Source: Planctomycetota bacterium | GTDB taxonomy: Bacteria; Planctomycetota; SZUA-567; H5-PLA8 | Direction: 5' to 3' | Assembly (NCBI GenBank): GCA_045863855.1 | Contig: BTVV01000037.1 | Location: 1 to 50,630, forward strand | DNA length: 50,630 nt | Part shown: piece by piece, positions 27,401-35,582 of the stretch | How the letters are laid out: the number at the start of each line of letters is the position of its first letter | Position numbering within the stretch: the first letter of the stretch is position 1 | The notes under the pieces: generated by a model | Told to the model about the DNA's origin: nothing | Seen by the model: the letters and a program-made list of their open reading frames with translations, nothing else | Databases searched by the model: none | Position numbers and translations under genes: made by a program

Positions 27401-29164
27401 GCGCCGGCGCGCGCCGAAGCGCGCTTCGAAGATCTGTATTTCCAGTTCAACCGCAAGCCGCGGATCTTCCGGCCCTACTTCTCGAGCCAGTTGCTCAGCG
27501 CCACCGATACGGCGGGCACGACGCGAAACGTGCAGGTCGCCACGCCCTCGGCCACGGACGATGCCGCTACGCTGCGCGCGATCGTATACAGCCATTCGTT
27601 CGAGGACGCGGTGGACCCCGATCACGAGTTGCAGGTGGTCTTGAACGGTACGCCGCTGGGTCAGGCGCGCTGGGACGGCGGCCAGCGCATGCTCGAACTG
27701 AGCTTCGACGTGCCGGCGGCGCTCCTGCGCGACGCGGCGCCCAACGACGTGGCGCTGACGACCCCGGCGCTGGCCGGCGTGGCTTCGCAGCTCGCGTTTC
27801 TGTACTCGGTGCAGGTGGATTACACGAAGCGGCTGGAAGGCCCGGGCGCGGTGGTGCTGGAATCCGGCCCCGCGGGGCTGTACGAAGTCTCGGACCTGCC
27901 GACGGAGCGCGTCTGGGTCGTCGATGCGCGCAAGCCGCAAGCGGCGAAGCTGGTGGCATGCGAAACGCAAAGCGACGGCGCGGGCGGATTCGTCGCGCGC
28001 TTCAAGGCCGCGCCCGGCGGCGGGCACGGCTACCTGATCGTTCCGTACGGCGCGGAACTGCTCCCGCAAAGCGTGAGCACCGCGCGGATCGAAGCGCTCC
28101 CGCGCGGCATCGGATACCTCGCCACCGGACCCGCGCTCTTCGAGGACGAACTGGCGCCGCTCCTGGCGCAGCGCCAAGCCGAAGGGCTGAACGCGGTCTT
28201 CGTGGACCAACAGCAGCTCTTCGACAGCTACGGCTGCGGACGCTTCGGCCCGGCGGGGATCTACCGTGCGGCGTACGCCGCGAAGCCGCGCTTCCTCTTA
28301 TTGGCCGGCCGGACCACCTACGATTACCGCGGGCGCGTGGCCCCGGCGGGGATCGATCCGCTCTGCCCGACGATCCTGGCGACGAGCAGCACGCTGGCGC
28401 AGATTCCGGGCGATCCCTGGTACGGCGATTTCGGACGCGGACCGCAGGTCGCGGTGGGGCGCTTCGCGGTGAACACCGAAGCGCAGCTCGCGGCAGCGGT
28501 GCAGCGGACGCTCGATCACGCGGGCCTGCCGGGCAGCGGCGCGACGGGGCTTCTGGCGGCCGACCGACTGGACGTGAACGCCGGACACTTCGGCCTGGGC
28601 GCGGACCTGATCGCGGACGGCGCGCCGTTCGTGGATTGGTCGAAAGCGTATCTCGGCGATACGCACGCGGCGGCGGCGGACGTGACGCAGGCGCTGCAGG
28701 ACGCCTCGGAAGACGGTACGAATCTGGTCGTCTTCGTGGGGCACGGCGCGAGCAACCAGTTCGCGATCGAGAACGTGCTGAACGCGGCGAAAGCGGCCAC
28801 GTGGTCGGGCAACTCGGTGTTGCTGTCGGCCACCTGCACGGTCAACTATTTCATGCACGACCTCGCGGTGCTGGACACGATCCCGGAGTTGCTGATGACG
28901 CAGGCCGGCGGCGGAATCGCGGCTTCGCTGGGCTCCAGCGGCTATACGACGCACTCGACGCTGGTGGATTTCAACGCCGCGCTGCTTTCCAATCTGCCGA
29001 AGCATCGCACGTGGGGCGAAGCGCTCCAGGCGGCACAGCAGGCGGCGCGCACGCGAGCGGCTAAACTGGCCCGCGGCGGCGATCCCGAAGCACCCGGCGT
29101 TTCCGATCTCGTCCACGAATTCTGCCTGCTGGGCGACCCGGCGCTCCCCATTTTCGAACCGTAG
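24401..29164 (+). CDS. Large exported C25-family (gingipain-like) cysteine peptidase with duplicated N-terminal modules
   Basis: Signal peptide ending AEA-ATF; two Asn/Gly-rich passenger domains, each followed by TLPVT..W..ASE..NLGFH.WR; C-terminal C25 motifs LLLAG, DPWYGD, VAVGRF, FVGHG (His), SATC (Cys), LLGDPAL. Confidence 0.88.
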   Translation: MIRIMGLQRGGVLLLTLTLCGLSAEAATFRWTGNAGNTLWGTPGNWDRNSVPGAGDDVQVPGNAVITVNVPGTVRSFSVSQQRSLVLKLDQNLTVSQNFTLGQHVNAVFESNANRTLDIGGNFTVGQHSTLNLNSGNVLIGGIADFDSHSTFSINSGSFIAEGDILIDQHANVYMNGGLIRTDEDFHIDQHANVHLNVGATLSIGGVLNKDKKGNLYNNGGTLPVTVRELRASPEAGGALVAWDAASEERNLGFHVWRREAPEAAPGDEAGPVAPRAPGGKTFVSNASGNWNSSNTWRDQNNQPGVPGPLDLATVRSNHQITVNAAATVDFLTLNTSAVPALSFTGGNDLTVLTRLELQRNSEVRSAFFSFGSKLNLAHNAVFDLRGHAFTISTSVLLSSMQVDLGNGDSANQSAHIVNAGNITVSGAIIASGLFMLGSRSDIALNNGSVLAVNSGGVFNAIAGTDFITDYVLLHGATTADRYTVSLNGGALEWDHIKLENLGAAGLTITNTVDTNPGRVWFASGTAGGRYITYNESTSGDSYRFTDVSFSNSGVAQAVRLPNGSNGTLIFDRHASDTPPNQNVNWLGPNVNGVIHRGSVGDFPPMSHFDGTGGVVQWGNANTLPVTVTGLDAMLEAGGVVVTWDVASEIQNLGFHLWRGSVKTSKQAARAAGTQGGWIEEPLAETPAELETRSARGRELPAPAADLETSMAAQGWRRVTDALLTGRLSHPASKTYRFYDAPEAPGVYEYALESVALDGTRELFRFASPPVRLDRSGGAPVTLAGLDAMLAQVERSFVSARGRDARERFAAAGPLRSARVAVLHDDPAWSPARSAEAGVDSAQADFTSVADAKNVHPGFVPPPGMPSVREVAARAGGDAVLADLPAYQADLPGLKSARPPAAGFDAAKLVTTGRGVLLIRQADLPGGYALAGSQLWYEGRPSKALAYDADRDAWAVYAPGYTDDYTDRDAYFLRAGKRTAAGKAPAAKNLFRDGLTAFTTAPARAEARFEDLYFQFNRKPRIFRPYFSSQLLSATDTAGTTRNVQVATPSATDDAATLRAIVYSHSFEDAVDPDHELQVVLNGTPLGQARWDGGQRMLELSFDVPAALLRDAAPNDVALTTPALAGVASQLAFLYSVQVDYTKRLEGPGAVVLESGPAGLYEVSDLPTERVWVVDARKPQAAKLVACETQSDGAGGFVARFKAAPGGGHGYLIVPYGAELLPQSVSTARIEALPRGIGYLATGPALFEDELAPLLAQRQAEGLNAVFVDQQQLFDSYGCGRFGPAGIYRAAYAAKPRFLLLAGRTTYDYRGRVAPAGIDPLCPTILATSSTLAQIPGDPWYGDFGRGPQVAVGRFAVNTEAQLAAAVQRTLDHAGLPGSGATGLLAADRLDVNAGHFGLGADLIADGAPFVDWSKAYLGDTHAAAADVTQALQDASEDGTNLVVFVGHGASNQFAIENVLNAAKAATWSGNSVLLSATCTVNYFMHDLAVLDTIPELLMTQAGGGIAASLGSSGYTTHSTLVDFNAALLSNLPKHRTWGEALQAAQQAARTRAAKLARGGDPEAPGVSDLVHEFCLLGDPALPIFEP

Positions 29165-29233
29165 GCGTCTCCCTTCCTATACAAGTCCCGCGCAGCAATG
29201 GAATTTCCGGGGGCCTGTCACCGAAGCTCCGTA

Positions 29234-29262
29234 TTGCGCCGCGAGGCGAGCGCGGGCATAAT
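29234..29262 (+). promoter_or_regulatory. Candidate sigma70 promoter for the PqqD-kinase pair
   Basis: TTGCGC-N17-CATAAT, followed by RBS GGAGGT before the ATG at 29283. Confidence 0.55.
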
Positions 29263-29282
29263 GGGGTTTCGGAGGTGCACGC

Positions 29283-29678
29283 ATGCCCGTTTTCAAGCGA
29301 TCGGACAAGGTGGTCTGGGACGAACTCGCAGGAGAGGCGGTGCTCGTGCAGCCCGACCGCGCGGCAACCTTCGTGCTGAATCCCAGCGGGGCCTTCGTCT
29401 GGAAGCGCTGCGACGGTCACACGCCGGTCGACCGGATCGTGGCGGACCTGTCCGCGGGCGGCGCCGAAACGGCGCGCGTGGAGGCCGAGACCGCGGCGTT
29501 CTGCGCGGCGCTCCAGGCCAAAGGCCTGCTGGAAGAAGCGCCCGCCGCACCGGCACGCACGGCGCCGCCGGCGCGCTTCGCCGCGCCGTACGTCGCTCCG
29601 CGCGTGAACCTCGAAGAGCTGGCCGACAAGCCCAACCAGCGCCCCGGCAAGCGAGACATCGGCGGCAGCCGCCCGTAA
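29283..29678 (+). CDS. PqqD-family RiPP recognition element (RRE) protein with a C-terminal YxxP-containing tail
   Basis: VVWDELAGEAVLV...FVLNPSGAFVWKRCDG..PV..IV..L...F...L..KGLL is the PqqD fold, followed by an Ala/Pro linker and YVAPRVNLEEL. Confidence 0.9.
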   Translation: MPVFKRSDKVVWDELAGEAVLVQPDRAATFVLNPSGAFVWKRCDGHTPVDRIVADLSAGGAETARVEAETAAFCAALQAKGLLEEAPAAPARTAPPARFAAPYVAPRVNLEELADKPNQRPGKRDIGGSRP

Positions 29679-29688
29679 CCCGCCGCTC

Positions 29689-30624
29689 ATGCCCGCCACG
29701 CCCCTCCGCGCGCTGCGGCGCGTCGAACTCTACGGCTATCCCCTTACGGTCGAAGGCGCGTACACGCCCCGGCAGTGGACGCTGCTGGCCGGAAAGCGCG
29801 AACCGCGCGGCGGCGCGCCGGCGCTGCTGCACGCCGTTCTTGAAAAGCCGCCGCACGCGCCGCTGCCGAAACCTCAACCGGGCCGGCTGATCGTCGGCGA
29901 CGAGTTCACGCTCGACTGCTCGAACCGCGTGCTGCGCTGCCGCTTGCCGGCTTCCGGATCGTCCGAACGCCGCCGCCTGAACGATGCGCGCGAAAGCCTC
30001 TGCCGCCACGCGCTCTTCGCGCTGGGCCTGCTGGCCGAACGCCTGGGCCCGCGCGCCGTCTCCACACCGGGGATGGGCAGGCGCGTGCTGCTGAATCTGC
30101 ATGCGTCGTCGGTGCTGGGCCGCGGCGGGGCGCTGGTTTTTTGCGGGCGCAGCGGATTCGGCAAGACGACGCTCGCCACGCAACTGCTTTCCGGGGAACC
30201 GCAGATCGAGTACGACCTGACGCAGATTCTGATCGACCTGTCGGGACGCGAGCCGCCGCGGGTGATCCGCGTCGCACCTTACCTGAAGCGAAGCATCGCG
30301 GACGCCGCGCGGGATCTGCCGCGCGCGGCCTCGCGAAAGCGTATGCGCGCATCCGCCCAGGAGCTGGCGCACTCGGCCGCGCCGCCGCTGGCGGGACTCT
30401 TCTGGCTCCAGCAGGCTCCAAGCTGCGCGCTGGAGCCCATGCCGGCCGCCGAGGCGGCGGCGTACTTGCTCCCCCCGCTCCATTTCGCGTCTGAATTGCG
30501 CGCAGTGGGCCGCCGGCTGAGCCTGCTGCGGGCGCTGCTGAAACAGTGCGCTTGCCGGCGGTTTCGATTTCCCAAGAGCAAGGCGAAGGTAGAGCGATAC
30601 TTGAAGGACGCGGGTTATATATAG
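29689..30624 (+). CDS. HPr kinase-related P-loop protein (ScmC/lasso-kinase-like)
   Basis: LHASSV....GALVFCGRSGFGKTT (His plus Walker A), PLAGLFWLQQAP..LEP...AEA..LL; 10 nt after the PqqD gene. Confidence 0.8.
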   Translation: MPATPLRALRRVELYGYPLTVEGAYTPRQWTLLAGKREPRGGAPALLHAVLEKPPHAPLPKPQPGRLIVGDEFTLDCSNRVLRCRLPASGSSERRRLNDARESLCRHALFALGLLAERLGPRAVSTPGMGRRVLLNLHASSVLGRGGALVFCGRSGFGKTTLATQLLSGEPQIEYDLTQILIDLSGREPPRVIRVAPYLKRSIADAARDLPRAASRKRMRASAQELAHSAAPPLAGLFWLQQAPSCALEPMPAAEAAAYLLPPLHFASELRAVGRRLSLLRALLKQCACRRFRFPKSKAKVERYLKDAGYI

Positions 30625-30633
30625 GCGCGGCGA

Positions 30634-31458
30634 TTAGAAGTCGTCGAGGTTCTCGATCGCCCTGTTTTCCCACTGCGGCGTGGAATCGAAGATGCTGCCG
30701 TCCATGGCGAGGTTCTTGATTTCGGGGATGAAGTTTTCGGTATCCGGGTCTTTGACGTGCCAGAAGCAGCGCACCAACGGAAACCAGGAGTCCGGGTAGC
30801 CGTTGGTGATGCTGGTGTTGGTGTGCAAGAACTGGTCGCCGTACTTCTGCTGGTAGAATTTGGTTTCCTGCCACGTGACGCGGCCGGTACTCCCGTCCAC
30901 GTTGGTGTCGATGACATCGCCGTCTTTATTCGGATCGCCCGGGACGCTGGGCGTGAAAAAGCCGCCCGAACCCATGTCGTAGTACTCGACCCAGCCGTTC
31001 CACCAGCCGCAGGTGGCGCTGTTGAATTCGTACATGTAGGAACTGTACGGGTTGTTGGCGGGCAACCCGTTGATGGCAGGGCCTTCGTCGGTCTCGGCGT
31101 ATTGCCCACTCGCCTGAACTCTTGGTGGGTTCGGCTTGCCGCCTTCCCGGCCGCCGCTGGGATCCAGCGGACACTGGTAGAGCCGCGCGTCCTGGCCGTA
31201 ACCTTCGTGGAAGAGCGTCGTGAGCCGCGGCGGAAAGTTGGTCTTGTACGTATCGTTGCTCATGTCGTACTGCAGGATGCCCGAATGATGCTGCTTGAGC
31301 TGGCTCATGCATTGAGTAATGCGCGCATGGCGGCGCGCTTGGGCGAGGACCGGCAGCAAGAGCCCCACCAGCAAACCCAGAATCGAGACCACCACCAGCA
31401 GTTCGGTGAGCGTGAAGCCCGAAGCCCTGCGGCGGCGCTGGTTCAATGGGCCATTCAT
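30634..31458 (-). CDS. Prepilin-type N-terminal cleavage/methylation domain protein (type II secretion pseudopilin, DUF1559-like)
   Basis: G|FTLTELLVVVSILGLLVGLLLPVLAQAR..AR...C.SQLKQ; YQCPLD; terminal MDGS. Confidence 0.9.
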   Translation of the reverse strand: MNGPLNQRRRRASGFTLTELLVVVSILGLLVGLLLPVLAQARRHARITQCMSQLKQHHSGILQYDMSNDTYKTNFPPRLTTLFHEGYGQDARLYQCPLDPSGGREGGKPNPPRVQASGQYAETDEGPAINGLPANNPYSSYMYEFNSATCGWWNGWVEYYDMGSGGFFTPSVPGDPNKDGDVIDTNVDGSTGRVTWQETKFYQQKYGDQFLHTNTSITNGYPDSWFPLVRCFWHVKDPDTENFIPEIKNLAMDGSIFDSTPQWENRAIENLDDF

Positions 31459-31610
31459 GCGTAGCGGGTGTCCTCTCCAGCATTTCTACCCGTCTTACCG
31501 GAGCGAAGTCACGGGGCGTACGCGGAATATTAACACAAGGCGCCGCTTGATGTTACAGAATTCGAGGAAGCCTCTTTTTTACGGATCGCGCGACGCGCGG
31601 TTTATAGGGA

Positions 31611-31646
31611 CCACCTCCCCTACCCCGCCTTGGCAAGGGAGGAAAC
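31611..31646. repeat. Solitary copy of the CCTT-nn-AAGGG REP-like unit
   Basis: ccacctcccctaccccgccttggcaagggaggaaac resembles the units at 6014-6241. Confidence 0.55.
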
Positions 31647-31706
31647 GACCAAGTCCAAGGCAAACGGCTTAGAACACCTCCCGCCCCGCCGGCTTGCGGC
31701 CTCCGT

Positions 31707-32675
31707 TTACTTCTTCGCTTTAGGCTCGTTCGCGGGAAACCGCGGCGGCTTCCCGGCCAATACGCGCAGAATATCTTCCACCACGGCCGCGTAGTTGAAG
31801 CGCGCTTCGGCGGTCTGGGCGGCGTTGTGCGGGCTGAAGACGGCGGTCTCGCAGGCCAGCAGCGGGTGGTCGGCGGGCGGGACTTCCGGATCGAAAACGT
31901 CGATGCCCGCGCCGGCGAGTTTGCCGGCTTTTAGCGCGGCGGCGAGCGCGTAGCCGTCCATCACCGCCCCGCGTGCGCAGTTGACCAAGTGCGCCTGCGG
32001 GCGCATGCGCGCGAACTCCGCCGCGCCCAGCATCCCGCGCGTCTTGGGCGTCAGCGGGACGTGGACGGTCAGCACGTCGCTCTTTTCGAGCAGCGCGCGC
32101 AGCGGGACCTTCCGCGCCTTAAGCTTCTTCTCTTTCGCCGGGAACTTCAGCAGATCGGTGTAGATCACGTTCATCCCGAAGCCGCGGTGCGCGATCTCGG
32201 CGACGCGCGTCCCGATGCGCCCCAAGCCCAGCACGCCGAGCGTCTTGCCTTTCACCTGGAGCGATTCGTGGCGGCTGCGGAAGCCGAAGTCGATCGCGCG
32301 CATCGCGCGGTCGCCGCGGCACGTGAACTTGGCCAGCGCCAGGATCATCATCCAAGTGTGCTCGGCGACGGCGTCCAGGCTTCCGGCGGGCGTGTAGACA
32401 ACCCAGACGCCGCGTTTCGCCGCGGCATCCAGATCGATGTGATCCAGCCCCACGCCATGCCGCGCGACCACCTTCAGACGCGGGGCGGCGGCGAGCACCT
32501 TATCCGTCACCGCGCCTTTGGTGCGGATCAGGATCGCGTCGCAGCCTGCGGCGGCCGCGGCGATGCCGGCTTCGTTCGCCTCGGCCGGACGCACGACCTC
32601 GCAGTGCTTGCGCAAGATCGCGTCGTAATGCTTATGAATCGGTTCCACGAGGAGACAGCGCGGTTTTTCGGGCAT
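31707..32675 (-). CDS. D-isomer-specific 2-hydroxyacid dehydrogenase (SerA-like, no ACT domain)
   Basis: RHGVGLDHID, GKTLGVLGLGRIG, VNCARG, GIDVFDPE, SPHNA. Confidence 0.93.
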   Translation of the reverse strand: MPEKPRCLLVEPIHKHYDAILRKHCEVVRPAEANEAGIAAAAAGCDAILIRTKGAVTDKVLAAAPRLKVVARHGVGLDHIDLDAAAKRGVWVVYTPAGSLDAVAEHTWMMILALAKFTCRGDRAMRAIDFGFRSRHESLQVKGKTLGVLGLGRIGTRVAEIAHRGFGMNVIYTDLLKFPAKEKKLKARKVPLRALLEKSDVLTVHVPLTPKTRGMLGAAEFARMRPQAHLVNCARGAVMDGYALAAALKAGKLAGAGIDVFDPEVPPADHPLLACETAVFSPHNAAQTAEARFNYAAVVEDILRVLAGKPPRFPANEPKAKK

Positions 32676-32760
32676 GGGCCACGTTCCTGGGGCGTCGAAA
32701 AGAAGGCCCGAAAGCTTAGCGCGGCGGGGACGTTCCGCACAGCACCGGCGCCCGGCTCGC

Positions 32761-32789
32761 TTGACGCTGGCCGAATAACCTCTTAAGGT
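32761..32789 (+). promoter_or_regulatory. Candidate sigma70 promoter for the TPR-DHH genes
   Basis: TTGACG-N17-TAAGGT. Confidence 0.55.
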
Positions 32790-32836
32790 GCCGGAGCTTG
32801 CAACGAATCGCCAAGCGCGTGAACCCGGGAAGAACG

Positions 32837-34417
32837 ATGTCCGGCAGCTCCTTAAATTCGTGGAGTCGTTCTCGACGCCTGCCTCGCGGCTTGGCGCTGT
32901 GCGTCTTGGCGTACGCGCTGCTGGCGCCGACCGCGCGCGCCGCCGATACGGACCCCGAAGTCGGCCGGTTGCTGGCTCGAGCAGCCGAAGCCTCCGAACG
33001 CGCCGACGCGCTCGAACGCCAGGCGCGGCAGCAGTTGCTCAGCAGCACCGGAGAGGGCGCCGCGGCGATCGAACGCTTGCAGCAGATGGAAGAGGCGCAC
33101 GCGGACGCCGAAGGGCAGTTCCGCGCGGCGCTGAAGGCCGACCCGCAGCATCCGCTGGCGCTCGCGGCCTTCGGGCGCTTCCTGATCGCGCGCAATCGCT
33201 TCAGCGAAGCCGCCGTCTGCCTGGACCGGGCGCTGGAAAGCGCGCGCAGCGCCGAAGCGTTCCTGGCGCCCGAACGCGCGGATCTGTACCGCACGCTGGG
33301 CGGCGCGCTGGAACGCTCGGGGCAGACGCGCCCGGCCGTGCTGCGCTACCGCAAAGCGCTGGAACTGAACGGCGCCGACGGGCGCAACGGGATCTCGCTG
33401 GCCGTGGCGCTGTGCGTGCTGGGGGAACTCGACGAGGCCGTCCGCACGCTCGATAAACTTCTCGCCGTTCCCGCCTTGCCGGAAGCCCAGCGCGCGCTGG
33501 CGCTGTACACGAAAGGTTACGCGCGCGAGGAGGCCGGCGAACCCGAAGAAGCGCTGGCCTTGTACCGCGATGCGTCCGCTCGCTCCAAGCTGGCCGGCGT
33601 CTCCGATTCGGCGGGCGCCGGCGAAGTCGCGCGCATGGCCATGCGCCGCGTGCAGCGCCAGTTGCACGGATTTCGGCTCCAGCCTCTGGCGCGCGAACGC
33701 TACAAAGAAGCCGCGCACATGACCAAGCTGGGCGACGAACTGCGGCGAGCGGCGCTGCAAGACGCCGAAGCCTTCGCCAAGGCGCGCTCGGTACTTTTCA
33801 AGCTCGAAGGCGAAGCGCGGCTGGAACCGTTCGAGCGCGAGCCGCTGCGGTCGTTCCAGGAAGCGCAGGTCTATTACCAACTCGCCATCGAGACCGAACC
33901 GCGCTACGCGCCGGCGCAGCGCGAATTGGGCCTGACGCATCTGGCCTTGGGGCAGTTCGAAGCGGCGCGGACGCACCTGGAAGCCGCGGCGCTGTACGAT
34001 CCGCTCTCGCCGCAGACGCTCTCGGCGCTGGGCGAAGCGCGCATGCTGCTGGACGATTGGGAAGGCGCGGTGGAAGCGTTCACCAAGCTGATGCAGGTCG
34101 ATCCGCATTACGGTCCGGCGCATCTGGGTACGGCCCGCGCGCTGGCCAAGCTGCACCGTTCGCCGAAGGATTGCACGCAGGCGCTGGACGCGCTGGACCG
34201 CGCGCAGCAGCTCGGCGTCGATCCGCTGCTGGTGCGGCAACTCGAAAAACCCGTCCGCGAGGCGCTGGCGGCGTTGGAACGGGGCGAAAAGCTCCCGGCG
34301 CCGGTGCGGCGCTTTCCGCGTCCCGGCGACGAACCCGCGAAGGCGAAGCCCGCCGAAGTCTTCGAACCCTGGAAGGACAGCATCCTGGATGTCCCGCAAG
34401 GCCGCAAAAAAAACTAG
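32837..34417 (+). CDS. Exported tetratricopeptide-repeat protein
   Basis: Signal peptide (ARA-ADT); multiple TPR units (ALKADPQHPLA, YRKALELNG, AIETEPRYAPA, LMQVDPHYGPAH). Confidence 0.88.
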   Translation: MSGSSLNSWSRSRRLPRGLALCVLAYALLAPTARAADTDPEVGRLLARAAEASERADALERQARQQLLSSTGEGAAAIERLQQMEEAHADAEGQFRAALKADPQHPLALAAFGRFLIARNRFSEAAVCLDRALESARSAEAFLAPERADLYRTLGGALERSGQTRPAVLRYRKALELNGADGRNGISLAVALCVLGELDEAVRTLDKLLAVPALPEAQRALALYTKGYAREEAGEPEEALALYRDASARSKLAGVSDSAGAGEVARMAMRRVQRQLHGFRLQPLARERYKEAAHMTKLGDELRRAALQDAEAFAKARSVLFKLEGEARLEPFEREPLRSFQEAQVYYQLAIETEPRYAPAQRELGLTHLALGQFEAARTHLEAAALYDPLSPQTLSALGEARMLLDDWEGAVEAFTKLMQVDPHYGPAHLGTARALAKLHRSPKDCTQALDALDRAQQLGVDPLLVRQLEKPVREALAALERGEKLPAPVRRFPRPGDEPAKAKPAEVFEPWKDSILDVPQGRKKN

Positions 34418-35519
34418 GCCGTCCCGTCCCCGAGCCGCGCGCAAGCCGGCCGCCGCGTCCGCGCCATCGGGCATCCGATTGCCCATGCTCGGCGATCCGC
34501 ACGACATCCACATCGCGCGCGAGATCGAACGCAAGGTCCTCGAGGCCAGGCGCATCGTGGTCCTGGGACACGAACGCCCCGACGGCGACTGCGTCGGCAG
34601 CACCGTCGCGCTGGGCATGGCCCTGAAGGCGCTGGGCCGCGACGTCCACGTGCTGCTGGAGCCCAAGCTCCCGGTGCGCTTCAAGTACCTCTTCGAACCC
34701 GGCGAGGTCCGGCCCAAGCAGAAAGGCCAATCGACGCGGCGCTACCCCGCCGACTTGGCCATCGTGCTCGACACCACCGACGTCGACCGCATCAGCGGGC
34801 TGGTGCCCGCTCAGATCGCCGGCATCACGATCGTGAACATCGATCACCACATGTCGAACAACAACTTCGGCGATCTGAACTGGGTCGACACCTCGGCGGC
34901 GGCGGCGGGCGAACTGGTCTACCGGCTCACTTCGGTGCTGGGCTGGGCCGTACCGCCGGTGGCGCTGGACGCGCTGTACACGGCGCTGGTGACGGACACG
35001 GGGCAGTTCGCGTACAGCAACACGACGCCGCGCGTGCTGCGCATGGCCGCCGAACTGCTCGCCGCGGGCGTGGACGGCGAGGAACTCTGGCGCCGCTTGT
35101 ACCTCGACAAATCGCGCGCCGAACTGGACCTCGAAGCGCGCGCGCGGACCAGCCTGGAAGTTTGGGCCAACGGGCAGATCTCGTGCATCACGCTCACGCA
35201 AGCCGACTTCGAAAAGACCGGCACGGGCCCGCAGATGACGCAGGAATTTCCGGGCATCCCGCGCGCGCTGGCCGGCTCGAAGCTGGCCGTCTTCTTCTAC
35301 GCCGTCAACGGCGGGAAGGACACGAAGGTGAGCATCCGCAGCGTCAAGGAACTGGATGCCTGCGCGCTGGCCAAACGCTTCGGCGGCGGGGGGCACCGCC
35401 AGGCCGCCGGGTGCACGATTCCGCTGCCGATGAAAGAAGCGAAGGACCTCTTCCGGCCCGCGGCGGAGAAGATGCTGAAGGAGCACGCGGCGCTGAGTAC
35501 GGCCGGCAAGTCCGATTGA
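34389..35519 (+). CDS. nrnA: DHH/DHHA1 phosphoesterase (NrnA-like oligoribonuclease / pAp phosphatase)
   Basis: GHERPDGDCVGS, NIDHH, TDTGQF, SIRS, FGGGGHRQAAG. Start may be at 34485. Confidence 0.92.
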   Translation: MSRKAAKKTRPSRPRAARKPAAASAPSGIRLPMLGDPHDIHIAREIERKVLEARRIVVLGHERPDGDCVGSTVALGMALKALGRDVHVLLEPKLPVRFKYLFEPGEVRPKQKGQSTRRYPADLAIVLDTTDVDRISGLVPAQIAGITIVNIDHHMSNNNFGDLNWVDTSAAAAGELVYRLTSVLGWAVPPVALDALYTALVTDTGQFAYSNTTPRVLRMAAELLAAGVDGEELWRRLYLDKSRAELDLEARARTSLEVWANGQISCITLTQADFEKTGTGPQMTQEFPGIPRALAGSKLAVFFYAVNGGKDTKVSIRSVKELDACALAKRFGGGGHRQAAGCTIPLPMKEAKDLFRPAAEKMLKEHAALSTAGKSD

Positions 35520-35582
35520 CCCGCCGCGCGGTTGCCGGACAATGGAAGCAACCGGATGACCCTACCTTTTAAGGAGCTTCGC

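Noticed and set aside
29165..29282. Separate RiPP precursor ORF between the C25 and PqqD genes
   Set aside because: The space is occupied by a promoter and RBS; there is no short ORF with a leader motif.
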